Source: an uncultured bacterium (GTDB taxonomy: Bacteria; Krumholzibacteriota; Krumholzibacteriia; Krumholzibacteriales; Krumholzibacteriaceae). From it: a stretch of DNA of 64,000 nucleotides. The notes below the pieces were generated by a model. It did not search any database and had not been told where the DNA came from. It saw nothing but the letters and a program-made list of their open reading frames with translations. Shown here in pieces: positions 28,161 to 39,224 of this stretch (its first letter is position 1; the number at the start of each line of letters is the position of its first letter). Location: NCBI GenBank assembly GCA_964599375.1, contig CAZREW010000015.1:10028-74027 (forward strand), written 5' to 3'. The position numbers and the translations under genes were made by a program.

Positions 28161-29798
28161 TTACGGCTCGAGATCGAGCGGCCCGCGTCCGACAAGATTG
28201 CGGGCAAGGACGTTCTCAGGCTCGAACTCGAGTATCTTGTCGAGCAGTTTCCCCGCCTCCTCCTCATGGCCCTTCTTGCGCAGTGTAAGAGCCAGCGAGA
28301 TCACCGCTTCGCTGTACTCCGAGTTGACGTCGAGGCTCTTTCGGTAGAGGTCCTCCGCTTCATCCAGATCGCCCCGGTAGTACTTGATGTCACCCATTAT
28401 CTTGTAGATGTCGGCGAAATCCTCGCCGTTCTTGCCAAGGATCTCCTCGGCCCCAGCGTAATCCTCCCTTCGGACGAGCAGCACGGCGAGCTTCTCCCGC
28501 GCGCGGAGGAACACGGGGTTGATCTCGAGAGAACGCCTGAAGAGCTCTTCCGCCTCGACGGGACGGTCCATCCTCATGTAGACCTCGCCGAGGAAATAGA
28601 GGACGTCCGCGCTCTCGCCGCCGGCGTCGAGCACCTCCTTGAGGACGTGCATCGCCTCCTCCAGGTTCCCCTCCTTCAGATAGACGAGCGCGAGGTTTAT
28701 GCTTGCCGAGCCTGGACGCTCCATCTCCGGTATCCCCCCTGAAAGGTATTCCACCGCATCCTTCTTCTCGCCCAGGGCGTACAGCAGAAGCCCGTAATAG
28801 TAGCGGGCCTTAGGGTAGCCCGGGGAGAGCTCGAGGGCCCGTTCAAGTACTGAGCGCGCCTTTTTGAGCTCCCCTGTATAGAAATACGTCGATCCCAGGT
28901 AACAGTGGAGGTCAGCGTAGTCCGGCTTCTCGAGGACGGCCCGCTCGAAGTGGGGCAGCGCTTCCCTGTACAGCTTCATATCGAGATATGAGACTCCAAG
29001 GTAGAAGCGGGCTTCCGTGTAGTGCTCGTTTATCTTCAGGGCCTCGAGCAGCTGGACGCGGGCATTCTCGTGGTCGCCGCCGCGGAGCATCGACAGGCCC
29101 AGCTTGAAACGTACGTCGGCATAATCGGGATGTACCACGGCGGCCTCGCTGAAGAGCCCGGTGGCCCTTTCGTAATGGCCGGTGTTGTACGACTCCACTC
29201 CCTCCCGCATCAGGGAATCGAAATCCGTATCGGTATACATGATCTCCCTGAGTCTGGCCAGCGGCGGGATCTCGGTCGCCCTTCCGGCTATGTGGTCGCT
29301 GAGAAACTTGCTTATCGGACCGGGATTGTCCGCTCCAAGCTCCAATGCCCGCTTGAACACCGCGTCGGCGTCATCCTTCATTCCCTTCTCGTACAGGACG
29401 ATCCCGAGAAAGCACACTGCCTCGAAGTAAGCCTTGTTCAGGCTGATCGCCCTGCCCAACATCCCGAGTGACTCGTCGAGTTCTCCGCGCTCATGGTGGA
29501 TGACACCCATCCTGTAGTAGAGGTCGGGGTACGTGGGGTTCTCCTTTACCGCGACAGAGAAATGATCGAACGCGGCGTCGAGCTCCCCCGCGTGAAAACG
29601 CGCCGTTCCCAGGTGCACGTGCGACTCGGCGGCATAGAACATCCCGAGGGCATAGGTCGGGTCGCCCGGCCCGAGGGACGCGATCGCCTTCTCGAGCGCC
29701 TCGACTGCCTCCGCATACCGGCCCTCATTGAAGTACCTGATGCCGAGCTCGTACTCGGGGTTCTTCTCCACTCCGAATATTCTTCCCCAGAACGACAA
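28161..29798 (-). CDS. Long tetratricopeptide-repeat protein
   Basis: About 13 TPR units with recurring P(T/D)Y(P/A)D(L/V) caps; directly downstream of ftsZ. Confidence 0.9.
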   Translation of the reverse strand: MSFWGRIFGVEKNPEYELGIRYFNEGRYAEAVEALEKAIASLGPGDPTYALGMFYAAESHVHLGTARFHAGELDAAFDHFSVAVKENPTYPDLYYRMGVIHHERGELDESLGMLGRAISLNKAYFEAVCFLGIVLYEKGMKDDADAVFKRALELGADNPGPISKFLSDHIAGRATEIPPLARLREIMYTDTDFDSLMREGVESYNTGHYERATGLFSEAAVVHPDYADVRFKLGLSMLRGGDHENARVQLLEALKINEHYTEARFYLGVSYLDMKLYREALPHFERAVLEKPDYADLHCYLGSTYFYTGELKKARSVLERALELSPGYPKARYYYGLLLYALGEKKDAVEYLSGGIPEMERPGSASINLALVYLKEGNLEEAMHVLKEVLDAGGESADVLYFLGEVYMRMDRPVEAEELFRRSLEINPVFLRAREKLAVLLVRREDYAGAEEILGKNGEDFADIYKIMGDIKYYRGDLDEAEDLYRKSLDVNSEYSEAVISLALTLRKKGHEEEAGKLLDKILEFEPENVLARNLVGRGPLDLEP

Positions 29799-29822
29799 TA
29801 CTGTCCTCCAGCTCTTTCCCTC

Positions 29823-31028
29823 TCAGTCGAGCTGCTTACGCAGAAAGGTCGGTATGTCGAGGTTCAGCTCGTGAGCCACCGTAGTCACGCCGGCCGCCAC
29901 AAAGTCTACCTCCGGCCTGTCGGCCGCCTCGGGCTCTCTCTGCCTCGAGGCGAACACCGCCTGTTCTACCGTGACCGGTTCCATCACGGGGGCCGCGGTC
30001 GCGGCTACCGGCTGCCTCGCGGGCTCCGATACGCGCCTTCTCGCCTCGTAATCGGGGTATATCTCGCGCTCGGAATGCTCGAAACCAGTCGCTATCACGG
30101 TCACATGCATCGCGTCGGTATTACCGCTGCTGACGACGGCTCCGAAGATGACGTTCGCGTCCTCACCGGCCTCTTCACTGATTATCGCGGTGGCCTGTGA
30201 GACTTCGTGCAACGTCATCTTCTCATCGCCCGTGATATTGACCAGGACACCCTTGGCGCCCCTGATCGAGATGTCGTCGAGAAGCGGGCTGCTCAGCGCC
30301 ATGCGCGCGGCCTCGACCGCCCTGTTCTCGCCCTCGGCGACGCCGGTACCCATAAGCGCGTCGCCCATTCCGCTCATGATAGAGCGGACGTCGGCGAAGT
30401 CAAGGTTTATGAGCCCGGGGATCATTATCAGGTCGGATATCCCTTTTGTCGCGTGATGAAGGATGCCGTCGGCCTTGGAGAACGCGGCGGACAGCGGCGT
30501 ATCGGCGCCGACGATCGATAGAAGCCTGTCGTTCTGGATCACGATCAGGGTGTCGACTTCCCTTTTCAGCTCCTCGATACCGGCGAGCGCCTGGTTCTCC
30601 CTGCGCTTTCCCTCGAAGGAGAAGGGCCTGGTTATGATGCCTACTGTAAGCGCGCCGAGCTCACGGGCCGTCCTCGCGACCGTCGGGCTGGCGCCAGTGC
30701 CGGTGCCTCCGCCCATGCCGGCCGTTACGAATACCATGTCGGCTCCATCGATCGTCTCGCGTATCAGGTCGATGTCTTCCTCGATCGCCTTTCTTCCGAC
30801 ATCGGGATTTCCCCCCGAGCCGAGTCCCTTAGTAAGCCTTCCACCTATCTGGATCTTCTTGTGAGCCTGTGACAGCTCGAGCACCTGCGCGTCGGTGTTC
30901 ACCGCGACAAACTCGACCCCCTGCAGTCCGGCTGCGATCATACGGTTGACGGCATTGCCTCCGGCGCCGCCGACGCCGATGACCTTCAGAGCGGCCAGCT
31001 CGCCGAAGTCATCGAATTCAAATCTCAT
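29823..31028 (-). CDS. ftsZ: Cell division protein FtsZ
   Basis: [29 protein letters not shown] motifs; C-terminal [10 protein letters not shown] peptide. Start at MRFEF (31028). Confidence 0.99.
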   Translation of the reverse strand: MRFEFDDFGELAALKVIGVGGAGGNAVNRMIAAGLQGVEFVAVNTDAQVLELSQAHKKIQIGGRLTKGLGSGGNPDVGRKAIEEDIDLIRETIDGADMVFVTAGMGGGTGTGASPTVARTARELGALTVGIITRPFSFEGKRRENQALAGIEELKREVDTLIVIQNDRLLSIVGADTPLSAAFSKADGILHHATKGISDLIMIPGLINLDFADVRSIMSGMGDALMGTGVAEGENRAVEAARMALSSPLLDDISIRGAKGVLVNITGDEKMTLHEVSQATAIISEEAGEDANVIFGAVVSSGNTDAMHVTVIATGFEHSEREIYPDYEARRRVSEPARQPVAATAAPVMEPVTVEQAVFASRQREPEAADRPEVDFVAAGVTTVAHELNLDIPTFLRKQLD

Positions 31029-31047
31029 GTCCTGCCCCCTTTTCAAG

Positions 31048-32271
31048 TTAGAACATACTCGCAAGTCTTTTAAGGTTACCCATCATCTTTCCGAAGCGCC
31101 CACGGCCCCTGATCTCTTGCTCCTCGCGTTCGAGCCTGTCCTTCTCATAGAGGAGCAGTCCGACCGCCGCGCTCCAGCTTTCGTTCGAGACGATCTCCGA
31201 GAGACCGCCGAGCCCCCAGGGACGTCCGGTCCTGACAGGCCTGCCGAAGACCTGGCCGGCGACCCCCGCAAGCCCTTCTATCTTCGATCCGCCCCCGGTC
31301 AGGACTACCGTGCTCCCGGCCGCCTGAAAGTGCGGGGCGTTCGATACCGCCGACTTGATCATGCTGAAGATCTCCTCGCATCTCGGCTCGATGATCGCGG
31401 CGATTATCTGTCTTCTTATCTCTCCCTCGCCGTTCCCGGTCCCCGGCATGGTGACGATCTCTTCATCCGACGCCATAGACGCCAGCGCCAGCCCCCAGCG
31501 CAACTTGACCTCATCGGCCGTGCCTTTAGGGATCCTCAACCCGACGGCGAGGTCGTTGGTCACATTCTCGCCCCCGGCGCCGAGGACACCGCTAGATCGG
31601 ATACTTCCCTTGCCGTAAAGGGCGAATGAGCTGGAACAGGCTCCCATGTCAATCAACAGGCATCCCGCGTCGATCTCCTCTTCGAGAAGCACAGCGTGGG
31701 CCGCCGCGAGGGGGTTGAAGACCACGTTAACGACCTCGAACCCCGCCTTTTCAATGACCTTGACGGCGTTCTCGACGTGCACGGCCAGCACCGAGACGAG
31801 ATGCACCTCGGTGCCGAGCCTCGAGGCTGTCATGCCGACCGGGTCGCTGATACCCCTGTGGGCGTCCACGACATAGTCCTGCGGAACCGAATGAAGGATC
31901 TCCATCTCGGAAGGAAGTGTTATGTCGCACGCTATCGTGTTGACGTGCTCGACGTCTGCGGCGGTTATTTCCCTGCGCTCTTTCGGGATCGAGATCATCC
32001 CCCTGCTGTTGAAGCTCCTTATGTGAGGAACGCTTATGCCGACGCAGACACAGTCGATCTCGACTCCAGCCATCCGCGCGGCATGACCGGCCGTCTCGCG
32101 GACACACTCGGCCGCTTCCTCCATATCGACGACAGCGCCTTTCCTTATCCCGGATGACGGCCTCGATGAGGCGCCGATGATCCGCAGGGTGCCGTCTGAC
32201 ACTATTTCGCCTACGAGAACGGCCGTTCTCTCCGATCCGAGATCGATGCTTACTATGAATTCCGGTAGCAT
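31048..32271 (-). CDS. ftsA: Cell division protein FtsA
   Basis: Actin-like fold, [12 protein letters not shown]2 1C insert, [15 protein letters not shown]-terminal amphipathic helix; lies between ftsQ and ftsZ. Confidence 0.95.
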   Translation of the reverse strand: MLPEFIVSIDLGSERTAVLVGEIVSDGTLRIIGASSRPSSGIRKGAVVDMEEAAECVRETAGHAARMAGVEIDCVCVGISVPHIRSFNSRGMISIPKERREITAADVEHVNTIACDITLPSEMEILHSVPQDYVVDAHRGISDPVGMTASRLGTEVHLVSVLAVHVENAVKVIEKAGFEVVNVVFNPLAAAHAVLLEEEIDAGCLLIDMGACSSSFALYGKGSIRSSGVLGAGGENVTNDLAVGLRIPKGTADEVKLRWGLALASMASDEEIVTMPGTGNGEGEIRRQIIAAIIEPRCEEIFSMIKSAVSNAPHFQAAGSTVVLTGGGSKIEGLAGVAGQVFGRPVRTGRPWGLGGLSEIVSNESWSAAVGLLLYEKDRLEREEQEIRGRGRFGKMMGNLKRLASMF

Positions 32272-32302
32272 GCCGGCCGATTCACCTCCCGAGCGGCTGG
32301 AA

Positions 32303-33070
32303 TCACCGCACTATTACCTGTCTGTCGAACCTCAGGTCTATCTGGGCGGGCAGCCCTCCCTGCTCGCGGAGCGAGTGGTAGACCGCCCTGAACTTCCTGA
32401 TCCTTTCCTCGAACCCGTCCCTTCCGACACGCACGAGCGTCCCTGAATTCATCCACACGAGAACGACCTCGTCGCCGTCGATATTGATCTCCGAGAGCTG
32501 CTCCGCGGGCGAGAACCCGAACTCTTTGAGAAGCCCGAGCACCTCGAGCGCCTTGCCGACGTCCCGCTTCCCCGATTCATCACCGAGATCCCTGCCGGCC
32601 AGTCCCGTGATCACGGGAAGATCTATCTCAGTCGACCTGCCGCTCGAGGGGATTACGACGCCTTCGGCGTCGACCTCGGCCATATTCTCCAGGTTGAGCA
32701 GAGCTACCGGCTCCCTCCCGCGCAGGTAACAGTCGAGCCTGTGCGGAAGCTTGCGCCGGAATGTGACCGAGCCGACCGAAGGATCGCTCTTGAGGATCTC
32801 CCTGATCTTAGAGAGCGGGACCGTGAAGGCGTTCGCGCCCACCCATGTCTCGGCCTTCCGGCTCAGCGTCTCGACGGGCAAGTCCCTGCCGCCGTGGACG
32901 CGGATCTCGCGCAGGTCGAAAAGCCCGGTCAGGAAGACGGTGCATAAGAGAACCGCGAGCGCCACGGCGGCCGCGGCCGGCATGAGCCAGACTCGGCGGC
33001 TGACCTTCTTCTTCTCCCTGAGGCGCCGGGCCATCGGCGGCGGTACCATCCTGCTTCTTTTTGTCCTCAT
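32303..33070 (-). CDS. ftsQ: Cell division protein FtsQ/DivIB
   Basis: Basic N-terminus, one TM, POTRA domain (FRRKLPHRL..EPVA), C-terminal IDLRFDRQVIVR; canonical position. Confidence 0.88.
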   Translation of the reverse strand: MRTKRSRMVPPPMARRLREKKKVSRRVWLMPAAAAVALAVLLCTVFLTGLFDLREIRVHGGRDLPVETLSRKAETWVGANAFTVPLSKIREILKSDPSVGSVTFRRKLPHRLDCYLRGREPVALLNLENMAEVDAEGVVIPSSGRSTEIDLPVITGLAGRDLGDESGKRDVGKALEVLGLLKEFGFSPAEQLSEINIDGDEVVLVWMNSGTLVRVGRDGFEERIRKFRAVYHSLREQGGLPAQIDLRFDRQVIVR

Positions 33071-34461
33071 CGGCCTTTCCTGATCCTTTCAAGCAGCTCA
33101 TCGCCGGACTTCCATATGTCGCCGGCCCCTAGCGTCAGCACGAGGTCCCCGCTCCTGACCGTCGACGCGAGGGCGTCGAGCAGATCGGAGCGGTCCGGAA
33201 TATACACCGCATTCTTCGCGCCGCCTCCGAGAGCGGCCCTGTAGATGAGCTCTCCAGTGATCCCCGGTATGGGCGCCTCTGAGGCGCCGTATATGTCGGT
33301 GATGAAAACGAGGTCAGCGTCGAGAAAGCACCTGTCGAAGCTCTCGTGCAGATCCCTCGTCCTCGTGAACCTGTGCGGCTGGAAGACCACGACCACGCGC
33401 CTGTCGAAGCTTCTTCTCGCGGTCTCGACCGCCGCCCTTATCTCCGTGGGATGGTGTCCGTAATCGTCGATGACCAGCACGCCGCCCTCCTCGCCCCTGC
33501 GCTCGAACCTGCGCCCTACTCCACCGAAGTTTTCCAGCGCCCGCCTGACCGCCCCTATCTCGATATCGAGCTCGAGCGCAAGGGCGCAGACCGCGACGGC
33601 GTTCGTGACGTTATGCCTGCCGGGGAGCGGGAGCCTTATCGTCCCGAGGTCACTGCCGCGGGCGTGGAGCCTGAAGACAGAGCCCGCCCCGTCCTCCTCC
33701 TCGATCACGCCTCTTACGTCCGCGTCGGGACCGAGTCCGTATGTCGTGATCTTTCTCTCTATCGACTTCATTATCGCCCGTACATTCGCGTCGTCTACGC
33801 AGCAGATGACCTCGCCGTGGAAGGGCACCCTCGAGGCGAATCTCAGGAACGCCTCCTGTACCTTCTCGAGCCCGCCGTAGAAATCGAGGTGCTCGGCGTC
33901 GATATTGGTGATTATCGCTATCGACGGCGTGAGCCTGACGAAATTACCGTCGCTCTCGTCGACCTCTGCCACGAGATACTGCCCCCGCCCGAGCATCGCG
34001 TTCGCGCCGAGACTCTTGACCTTCCCGCCGACGACTATGGTCGGGTCGAGTCCCGCCTCCTGCAGAACGACTGCGGCGAGGGAAGTCGTGGTGGTCTTGC
34101 CGTGCGCCCCGGCGATCGCTATGCCGGTCCTTATCCTCATCAGTTCGCCGAGCATGTCGGACCGCGGTATCAGCGGTATCCCCGCCTCGGCAGCCGCCTT
34201 CACCTCGGGATTGTCGTGTCTTATCGCGGAGGAGAGTACGACGATGTCGGCGCCTCTGACGTTCTCCCCGCTGTGTCCCTTCGAGATCACGGCGCCGAGG
34301 GAGGCGAGATGGCCGGTGATCGCTGTCGTCTCCACGTCAGACCCGCTGACCTCGAAGCCAAGATTGATCAGGACCTCCGCTATCCCGCTCATGCCGATAC
34401 CGCCTATACCGACGAAATGGATGTGCCTGGCCTTGACGAGCAGCTCGCTGCCTTTTACCAT
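33067..34461 (-). CDS. murC: UDP-N-acetylmuramate--L-alanine ligase
   Basis: HFVGIGGIGMSG, GAHGKTTTTS, EVDESDG and DDYGHHPTEI motifs. Confidence 0.98.
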   Translation of the reverse strand: MVKGSELLVKARHIHFVGIGGIGMSGIAEVLINLGFEVSGSDVETTAITGHLASLGAVISKGHSGENVRGADIVVLSSAIRHDNPEVKAAAEAGIPLIPRSDMLGELMRIRTGIAIAGAHGKTTTTSLAAVVLQEAGLDPTIVVGGKVKSLGANAMLGRGQYLVAEVDESDGNFVRLTPSIAIITNIDAEHLDFYGGLEKVQEAFLRFASRVPFHGEVICCVDDANVRAIMKSIERKITTYGLGPDADVRGVIEEEDGAGSVFRLHARGSDLGTIRLPLPGRHNVTNAVAVCALALELDIEIGAVRRALENFGGVGRRFERRGEEGGVLVIDDYGHHPTEIRAAVETARRSFDRRVVVVFQPHRFTRTRDLHESFDRCFLDADLVFITDIYGASEAPIPGITGELIYRAALGGGAKNAVYIPDRSDLLDALASTVRSGDLVLTLGAGDIWKSGDELLERIRKGR

Positions 34462-35549
34462 TCAGCACCTCCCGCCAATATTTCCATGTCGTCCGCTATG
34501 ACGGCCGCGGCGCGATGACCCTGGAAGGGCTTGAGCGCCGCCCGCATCCCGCCGAGGAGACCGGGGTCGTCCAGCATCGGGTCGATCTCAGCGGACAGCG
34601 AGTCGCTGTCGAGCCTGCCGTCTTCTATCATCCGGGCCCCTCCAGCCTCTACCAGCACGGACGCGTTGTGTCTCTGATGGTCGTCGGCGCAATGAGGATA
34701 GGGCACGAGGACCGATGGTAGTCCCGCAGCGGCAAGCTCGGAGACGCTGAGCGCCCCGGCCCTCGCCAGCGCGAGATCGGCGGCCGCGTAGGCCCTGTCG
34801 ATCTTTTCTATATATGGAGAGACGAAGATCCTCCCCGACTCCCCGGAGAGCATCCCCCGTATCTCGTCGTATCCATTCTCTCCGGTCTGGATCATCGCCT
34901 GGACGCCTGGGCGCCGTAGCAGGTACCCGGCGGCCGCACGGCTCAGCGTCATCGCGCCCTGGCTCCCTCCGAAGACGAGCAGTACGGGCCCGTCCCCGGA
35001 AAGACCGAAGTCCTTTCGCGCGCTTCTGTCCGGTCCAGGCCTGATCGCCCCGCGCAGCGGATTGCCCGTGACCATCACCGGCGCGCCCTTTCTGAAGTAA
35101 CCGCGGGCCTTTTCAAACCCCAGGTACAGCCTTCTGGCCATCGGGGCCAGCGTCCTGTTGGCGAGCCCCGGTATCGAGTTCTGTTCCTGGAGCACGACGG
35201 GCTTTCTCATAAGCCACGCGGCGCAGACCGCGGCGACGCTGGCGTAGCCTCCCGAGCCGAAGACCAGATCGGGCCGAAACCTCCTGATTATCCCCATCGC
35301 CTGCAGAGTGCCCGCCGCGAGCATCGCCCCTGTGACGGCCTTTCCGGCCGCGCCCTTGCCCCGCGCTCCGCGGGATGATATGAGCTCGAGGCCGTACCCC
35401 GAGGCGGGGATCACCCTTGACTCGATCCCGCGGCTTGTTCCGACGAACAGCGCCTCGAACCCGGCACGCCTCGACGACAGCTCCTCGGCGACTGCCAGGG
35501 CGGGGTAGAGATGGCCTCCAGTGCCTCCTCCGGCGAAGATCACCCTCAT
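34455..35549 (-). CDS. murG: Lipid II GlcNAc transferase MurG
   Basis: GGGTGGHLYP, GSGGY, EQNSIPG, TGNP, GGSQGA, ARAGA and DDHQ..NA motifs. Confidence 0.98.
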   Translation of the reverse strand: MRVIFAGGGTGGHLYPALAVAEELSSRRAGFEALFVGTSRGIESRVIPASGYGLELISSRGARGKGAAGKAVTGAMLAAGTLQAMGIIRRFRPDLVFGSGGYASVAAVCAAWLMRKPVVLQEQNSIPGLANRTLAPMARRLYLGFEKARGYFRKGAPVMVTGNPLRGAIRPGPDRSARKDFGLSGDGPVLLVFGGSQGAMTLSRAAAGYLLRRPGVQAMIQTGENGYDEIRGMLSGESGRIFVSPYIEKIDRAYAAADLALARAGALSVSELAAAGLPSVLVPYPHCADDHQRHNASVLVEAGGARMIEDGRLDSDSLSAEIDPMLDDPGLLGGMRAALKPFQGHRAAAVIADDMEILAGGAEW

Positions 35550-36739
35550 CACCGTTTCCTTCCATCCGCGATCCGCGCGGCCGTGGTGCGCCTCGCGTAA
35601 TCCGCGTTTCTCATGCTCCGAGTCCTGCCCCTTCCGGCGGGAGGTTCAGGATCCCTCCCGTAAGTGGAGATATTGAGCAGTATCCCCGCCGCGGCCATGG
35701 ATGTGATCAGCGACGACCCCCCGTAACTGACGAACGGGAGGGGCAGTCCGGCTGTCGGCAGGAGCCCGGTCGTCATGGCCATGTTGATCACGGCCGTGGA
35801 GAATATCGTCAGCCCGATACCTATCGCGAGAAACCTCCCGAACTCGTTCGGCGCTCTCCTCGAGATCCGCATGGCCCGCCTGAAGATCAGCGCGAAGAGC
35901 AGCAGAACGATCGCCGCTCCCACGAAACCCAGCTCCTCTCCGACGATCGAGTAGATGAAATCGGTGTGAGCGTCGGGGAGAAACAGGTATTTCTGGTGTC
36001 CCCTCCCGGGGCCGCACCCGAATATGAAGCCGGAGCCGAACGCTATCAGGGACTGCCTCGTCTGCCATCCTATGCCGCTCACATCGGTCGACGGGCTGAA
36101 CAGGACCGTCAGCCTCTGGCGGATGTGCTCCATCCGGTAAAGCAGCGGGACCGCGACTATCGCTGCCGCGCCGGCGAAGGCGCCGAGATGCCTTAGCCTG
36201 CATCCGCCGATGAAGAGCAGCGTCACGGTAAGCATCGAGATCAGGATGGCGTTGCTGATATTTGGCTGGAGCCCCACCATCACGGCCATCGCGACCGCGG
36301 CACCGACCAGAGGCAGAAAGCCCTTCTCAAGGTCGGAGAGCTTCTTGCGCCCCTCGGCGAGGCGGGCGGCCAGGAATATCACGAGTGAATACTTGGCCGC
36401 CTCGACCGGCTGGATGGTGAACATGAATATCCTCAGCCACCTCTCCGCGCCACGGACACTGTTGCCCCAGATAAATATCGAAGCGAGCATCAGAAGCGCC
36501 GCGGCGAGGATCCAGAAGTTGAACCTCCTGTAGATCCCGTAAGGTATCTTCATGAAGACGTAGAGGAAGAAGAGGCCCAGCCCAACTCTTATCGCGTGCC
36601 TCTGGAAGAAGAAGAACGGAGAGGAGAACTGTTCGCCAGCTATGACCCTGCTCGCGGAGAAGACCATGACCAGGCCGAGGGCCACGAGCGATATCACCGC
36701 GCAGAACAGCTTCAGATCGTATACGGGTTTTTTACTCAT
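35549..36739 (-). CDS. ftsW: SEDS peptidoglycan polymerase FtsW
   Basis: GAERWL, QPVE, FLPDAHTDFIYS and LPLPFVSYGGSS motifs; ~10 TM. Confidence 0.97.
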   Translation of the reverse strand: MSKKPVYDLKLFCAVISLVALGLVMVFSASRVIAGEQFSSPFFFFQRHAIRVGLGLFFLYVFMKIPYGIYRRFNFWILAAALLMLASIFIWGNSVRGAERWLRIFMFTIQPVEAAKYSLVIFLAARLAEGRKKLSDLEKGFLPLVGAAVAMAVMVGLQPNISNAILISMLTVTLLFIGGCRLRHLGAFAGAAAIVAVPLLYRMEHIRQRLTVLFSPSTDVSGIGWQTRQSLIAFGSGFIFGCGPGRGHQKYLFLPDAHTDFIYSIVGEELGFVGAAIVLLLFALIFRRAMRISRRAPNEFGRFLAIGIGLTIFSTAVINMAMTTGLLPTAGLPLPFVSYGGSSLITSMAAAGILLNISTYGRDPEPPAGRGRTRSMRNADYARRTTAARIADGRKR

Positions 36740-38101
36740 CTATTCCCCCGCACCTCTCTCCCTGACCAATCCCATGACGCTGTCTCGGAACACCCTGCCC
36801 CTGTGCTCGAAATCGTCGAACATGTCGAAGCTGGCGCACGCAGGAGACAGCACTACGAACCATCCTTCCCGGGCGCGCTCGGCGGCCATCCTTACCGCCT
36901 CCTCCATCGAGCCCGCCCTGGCGCACGGTATCCTCCCCCCGGAAGCTCCCTCGATAAGCCCGGCCGCCTCGCCGATCGTGATGATAGAGCGCACCACATC
37001 GGTCAGTTCGAACAGCTTCGAAAAATCCCCGCCCTTGTCGTGCCCGCCGGCGATCAGGACGACCGGCGCGCCGAGACCCTTCAGGGACTTGACCGCCGCC
37101 TCCACATTTGTCGCCTTTGAGTCATTGAAGAACGATACTCCCGCGTGGCGGGCAACGAACTCCATCCTGTGAGGAAGACCGGTAAAGCCGGCCAGGGCTC
37201 TTCTGCACGAATCAGCTGCAACCCTGAAGGGAGTGACCGCCGCGATCGCGGCAAGCGCGTTCTCGACATTGTGTATCCCGACCGCCCTGATTTCGCGGCG
37301 GTCGCAGACTATCTCCTCAGTCCCGTCGGCGCTCTCCCTTATGAGGAATCCCCCGTCGAGATAGACCCCGCCCGGGATCCTGCCAGACGAAGAGAACGGC
37401 ACCTTGACCGCCTCGGTCCTCTCTGCCAGAGCTGCGCAGAGCGGATCATCGGCGTTGTAGAAGAAATGATCGTCAGGCGCTATATTCTCGAGCAGCCGTT
37501 CCTTGGCTTCGAAATAATCCTGCAGCGACCTGTACCTGTCGAGGTGGTCCGGTGTAAGATTGAGCATACCGGCGCACACGGGATGGAACCTGTCGACCGT
37601 CTCGAGCTGAAACGAGCTGACCTCTATGACGAATATCCCGTCCTCGCCTATGTCTCCCGTGACCGAGCTGAACGGAGTGCCGGTATTGCCCGCCACTACC
37701 GCGTTCCATCCGTCCTCCCGCAGCATCGCTCCCGTCATCTCGACCGTAGTCGACTTGCCGTTCGTACCCGTGATCGCGATGACCGGGGCCGACGCGAATC
37801 TGAAGGCCAGCTCCAGCTCCCCTATCACCTGTATCTTCCGTCTCGAGGCGGCCTCGAACAGGGGATGGCTGTCGGGAACCCCGGGGCTGACGATTATCAG
37901 GTCGACTTCTTCGATGATCTCCTCGCGAAAATGGCCCAGGTGCGTCTCGATGGCCGTCAGGTCGGGCGGTATCTGGACCTTTTCGTTTTCGTCGGCGCCG
38001 CACACCCTGGCGCCTGCCCCGAGCAGAAGGCGCATGGCGGCGAAGCCGCTCCTTGCCAGCCCGAAAACGAGTATGTGCCTGCCCATGTACTCTTCCATCA
38101 T
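36740..38101 (-). CDS. murD: UDP-MurNAc-L-Ala--D-glutamate ligase
   Basis: FGLARSG, VSPGVP, ITGTNGKST, EVSSFQL, LNLTPDHLDRY, NDSKATN and SPACASFD motifs. Confidence 0.98.
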   Translation of the reverse strand: MMEEYMGRHILVFGLARSGFAAMRLLLGAGARVCGADENEKVQIPPDLTAIETHLGHFREEIIEEVDLIIVSPGVPDSHPLFEAASRRKIQVIGELELAFRFASAPVIAITGTNGKSTTVEMTGAMLREDGWNAVVAGNTGTPFSSVTGDIGEDGIFVIEVSSFQLETVDRFHPVCAGMLNLTPDHLDRYRSLQDYFEAKERLLENIAPDDHFFYNADDPLCAALAERTEAVKVPFSSSGRIPGGVYLDGGFLIRESADGTEEIVCDRREIRAVGIHNVENALAAIAAVTPFRVAADSCRRALAGFTGLPHRMEFVARHAGVSFFNDSKATNVEAAVKSLKGLGAPVVLIAGGHDKGGDFSKLFELTDVVRSIITIGEAAGLIEGASGGRIPCARAGSMEEAVRMAAERAREGWFVVLSPACASFDMFDDFEHRGRVFRDSVMGLVRERGAGE

Positions 38102-38144
38102 ATTGCCCCGGGGCGGCCGGAACCATGCCCTCCGGCCTTCCCAA

Positions 38145-39224
38145 CTAGCGCAGCTTCAATGTGCTCATGCCCAGCAGCAGAAGCAACGCGGCCACTATCC
38201 AGAATCTCACCACTATCTGGCTCTCCGACCACCCCTTCAGCTCGAAGTGGTGGTGAAGGGGAGCCATCTTGAATATCCTTTTACCACGCAGGCGGAACGA
38301 ACCGACCTGCAGTATCACCGATACGGTCTCGGCGACGAAGACCCCGCCTATTATAAGAAGAAGAAGCTCGGACTTGAGCAGTACGGCGACGGTGCCGAGC
38401 GCTCCCCCGAGGGCCAGCGAACCTGTGTCTCCCATGAAGATCCTGGCGGGGTGCGTGTTGAACCACAGGAAGCCGAGCGCCGCCCCGACGACCGACATGC
38501 AGTAGATCGTCAGCTCGCCCGCTCCCGGCAGATAGAATATCTGGAGGTAGTCCGCGAAGACGGCGTTACCGCTCAGGTAAGCTATCAGAGCGAAGGCGAG
38601 GAAGCAGAAGGCCGATATCCCCGTCGCCAGGCCGTCGAGGCCGTCGGTGAGGTTCACCGCGTTGGAAGTGCCGGTGATTATTATCATCACCAGAGGGATA
38701 TAGAAGACCCCCCATTCTATGTAAAGGTGCTTGAAGAACGGCACGACCGTCCTCGTCCCATCGGGAGACATCGGGTTCATGTACAGATATATGCCCAGTG
38801 CGAGGCCGAAGACGAGCTGGCCGATCAGCTTATACCTTCCGACGAGCCCCTTGTCCCTTTTCTTTATCACACCGAGGTAATCGTCGATGAATCCGATAGC
38901 GCCGGTCCATACCGTCACAACGAGCGCGAGCTGGATATAGGGATTGTTCAGGTCGGCCCACAGGAGCGTAGGGATGACGATGGCGCATATCATCAGCATC
39001 CCGCCCATCGAAGGAGTCCCCGCCTTCCCGCTGTGCCTTTCGGGCACGTCTATCCTCACCTTGCCGATCTGCAGCGAAGAAAGCCACCTGATCATCTTCG
39101 GGCCGAAGATGAAGCATATCAGCAGGGCCGTCACGGTGGCGTAAGCCGAGCGGAAGGTGATGTACCTGAAAACGTTGAATCCGAAAAAGTAATCCCTCAG
39201 AGGATAGAGGAGGTGGTACAGCAT
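38145..39224 (-). CDS. mraY: Phospho-MurNAc-pentapeptide transferase
   Basis: KAGTPSMGG, GFIDDY, SNAVNLTDGLDGL, FMGDTGS and MAPLHHHFE motifs. Confidence 0.99.
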   Translation of the reverse strand: MLYHLLYPLRDYFFGFNVFRYITFRSAYATVTALLICFIFGPKMIRWLSSLQIGKVRIDVPERHSGKAGTPSMGGMLMICAIVIPTLLWADLNNPYIQLALVVTVWTGAIGFIDDYLGVIKKRDKGLVGRYKLIGQLVFGLALGIYLYMNPMSPDGTRTVVPFFKHLYIEWGVFYIPLVMIIITGTSNAVNLTDGLDGLATGISAFCFLAFALIAYLSGNAVFADYLQIFYLPGAGELTIYCMSVVGAALGFLWFNTHPARIFMGDTGSLALGGALGTVAVLLKSELLLLIIGGVFVAETVSVILQVGSFRLRGKRIFKMAPLHHHFELKGWSESQIVVRFWIVAALLLLLGMSTLKLR

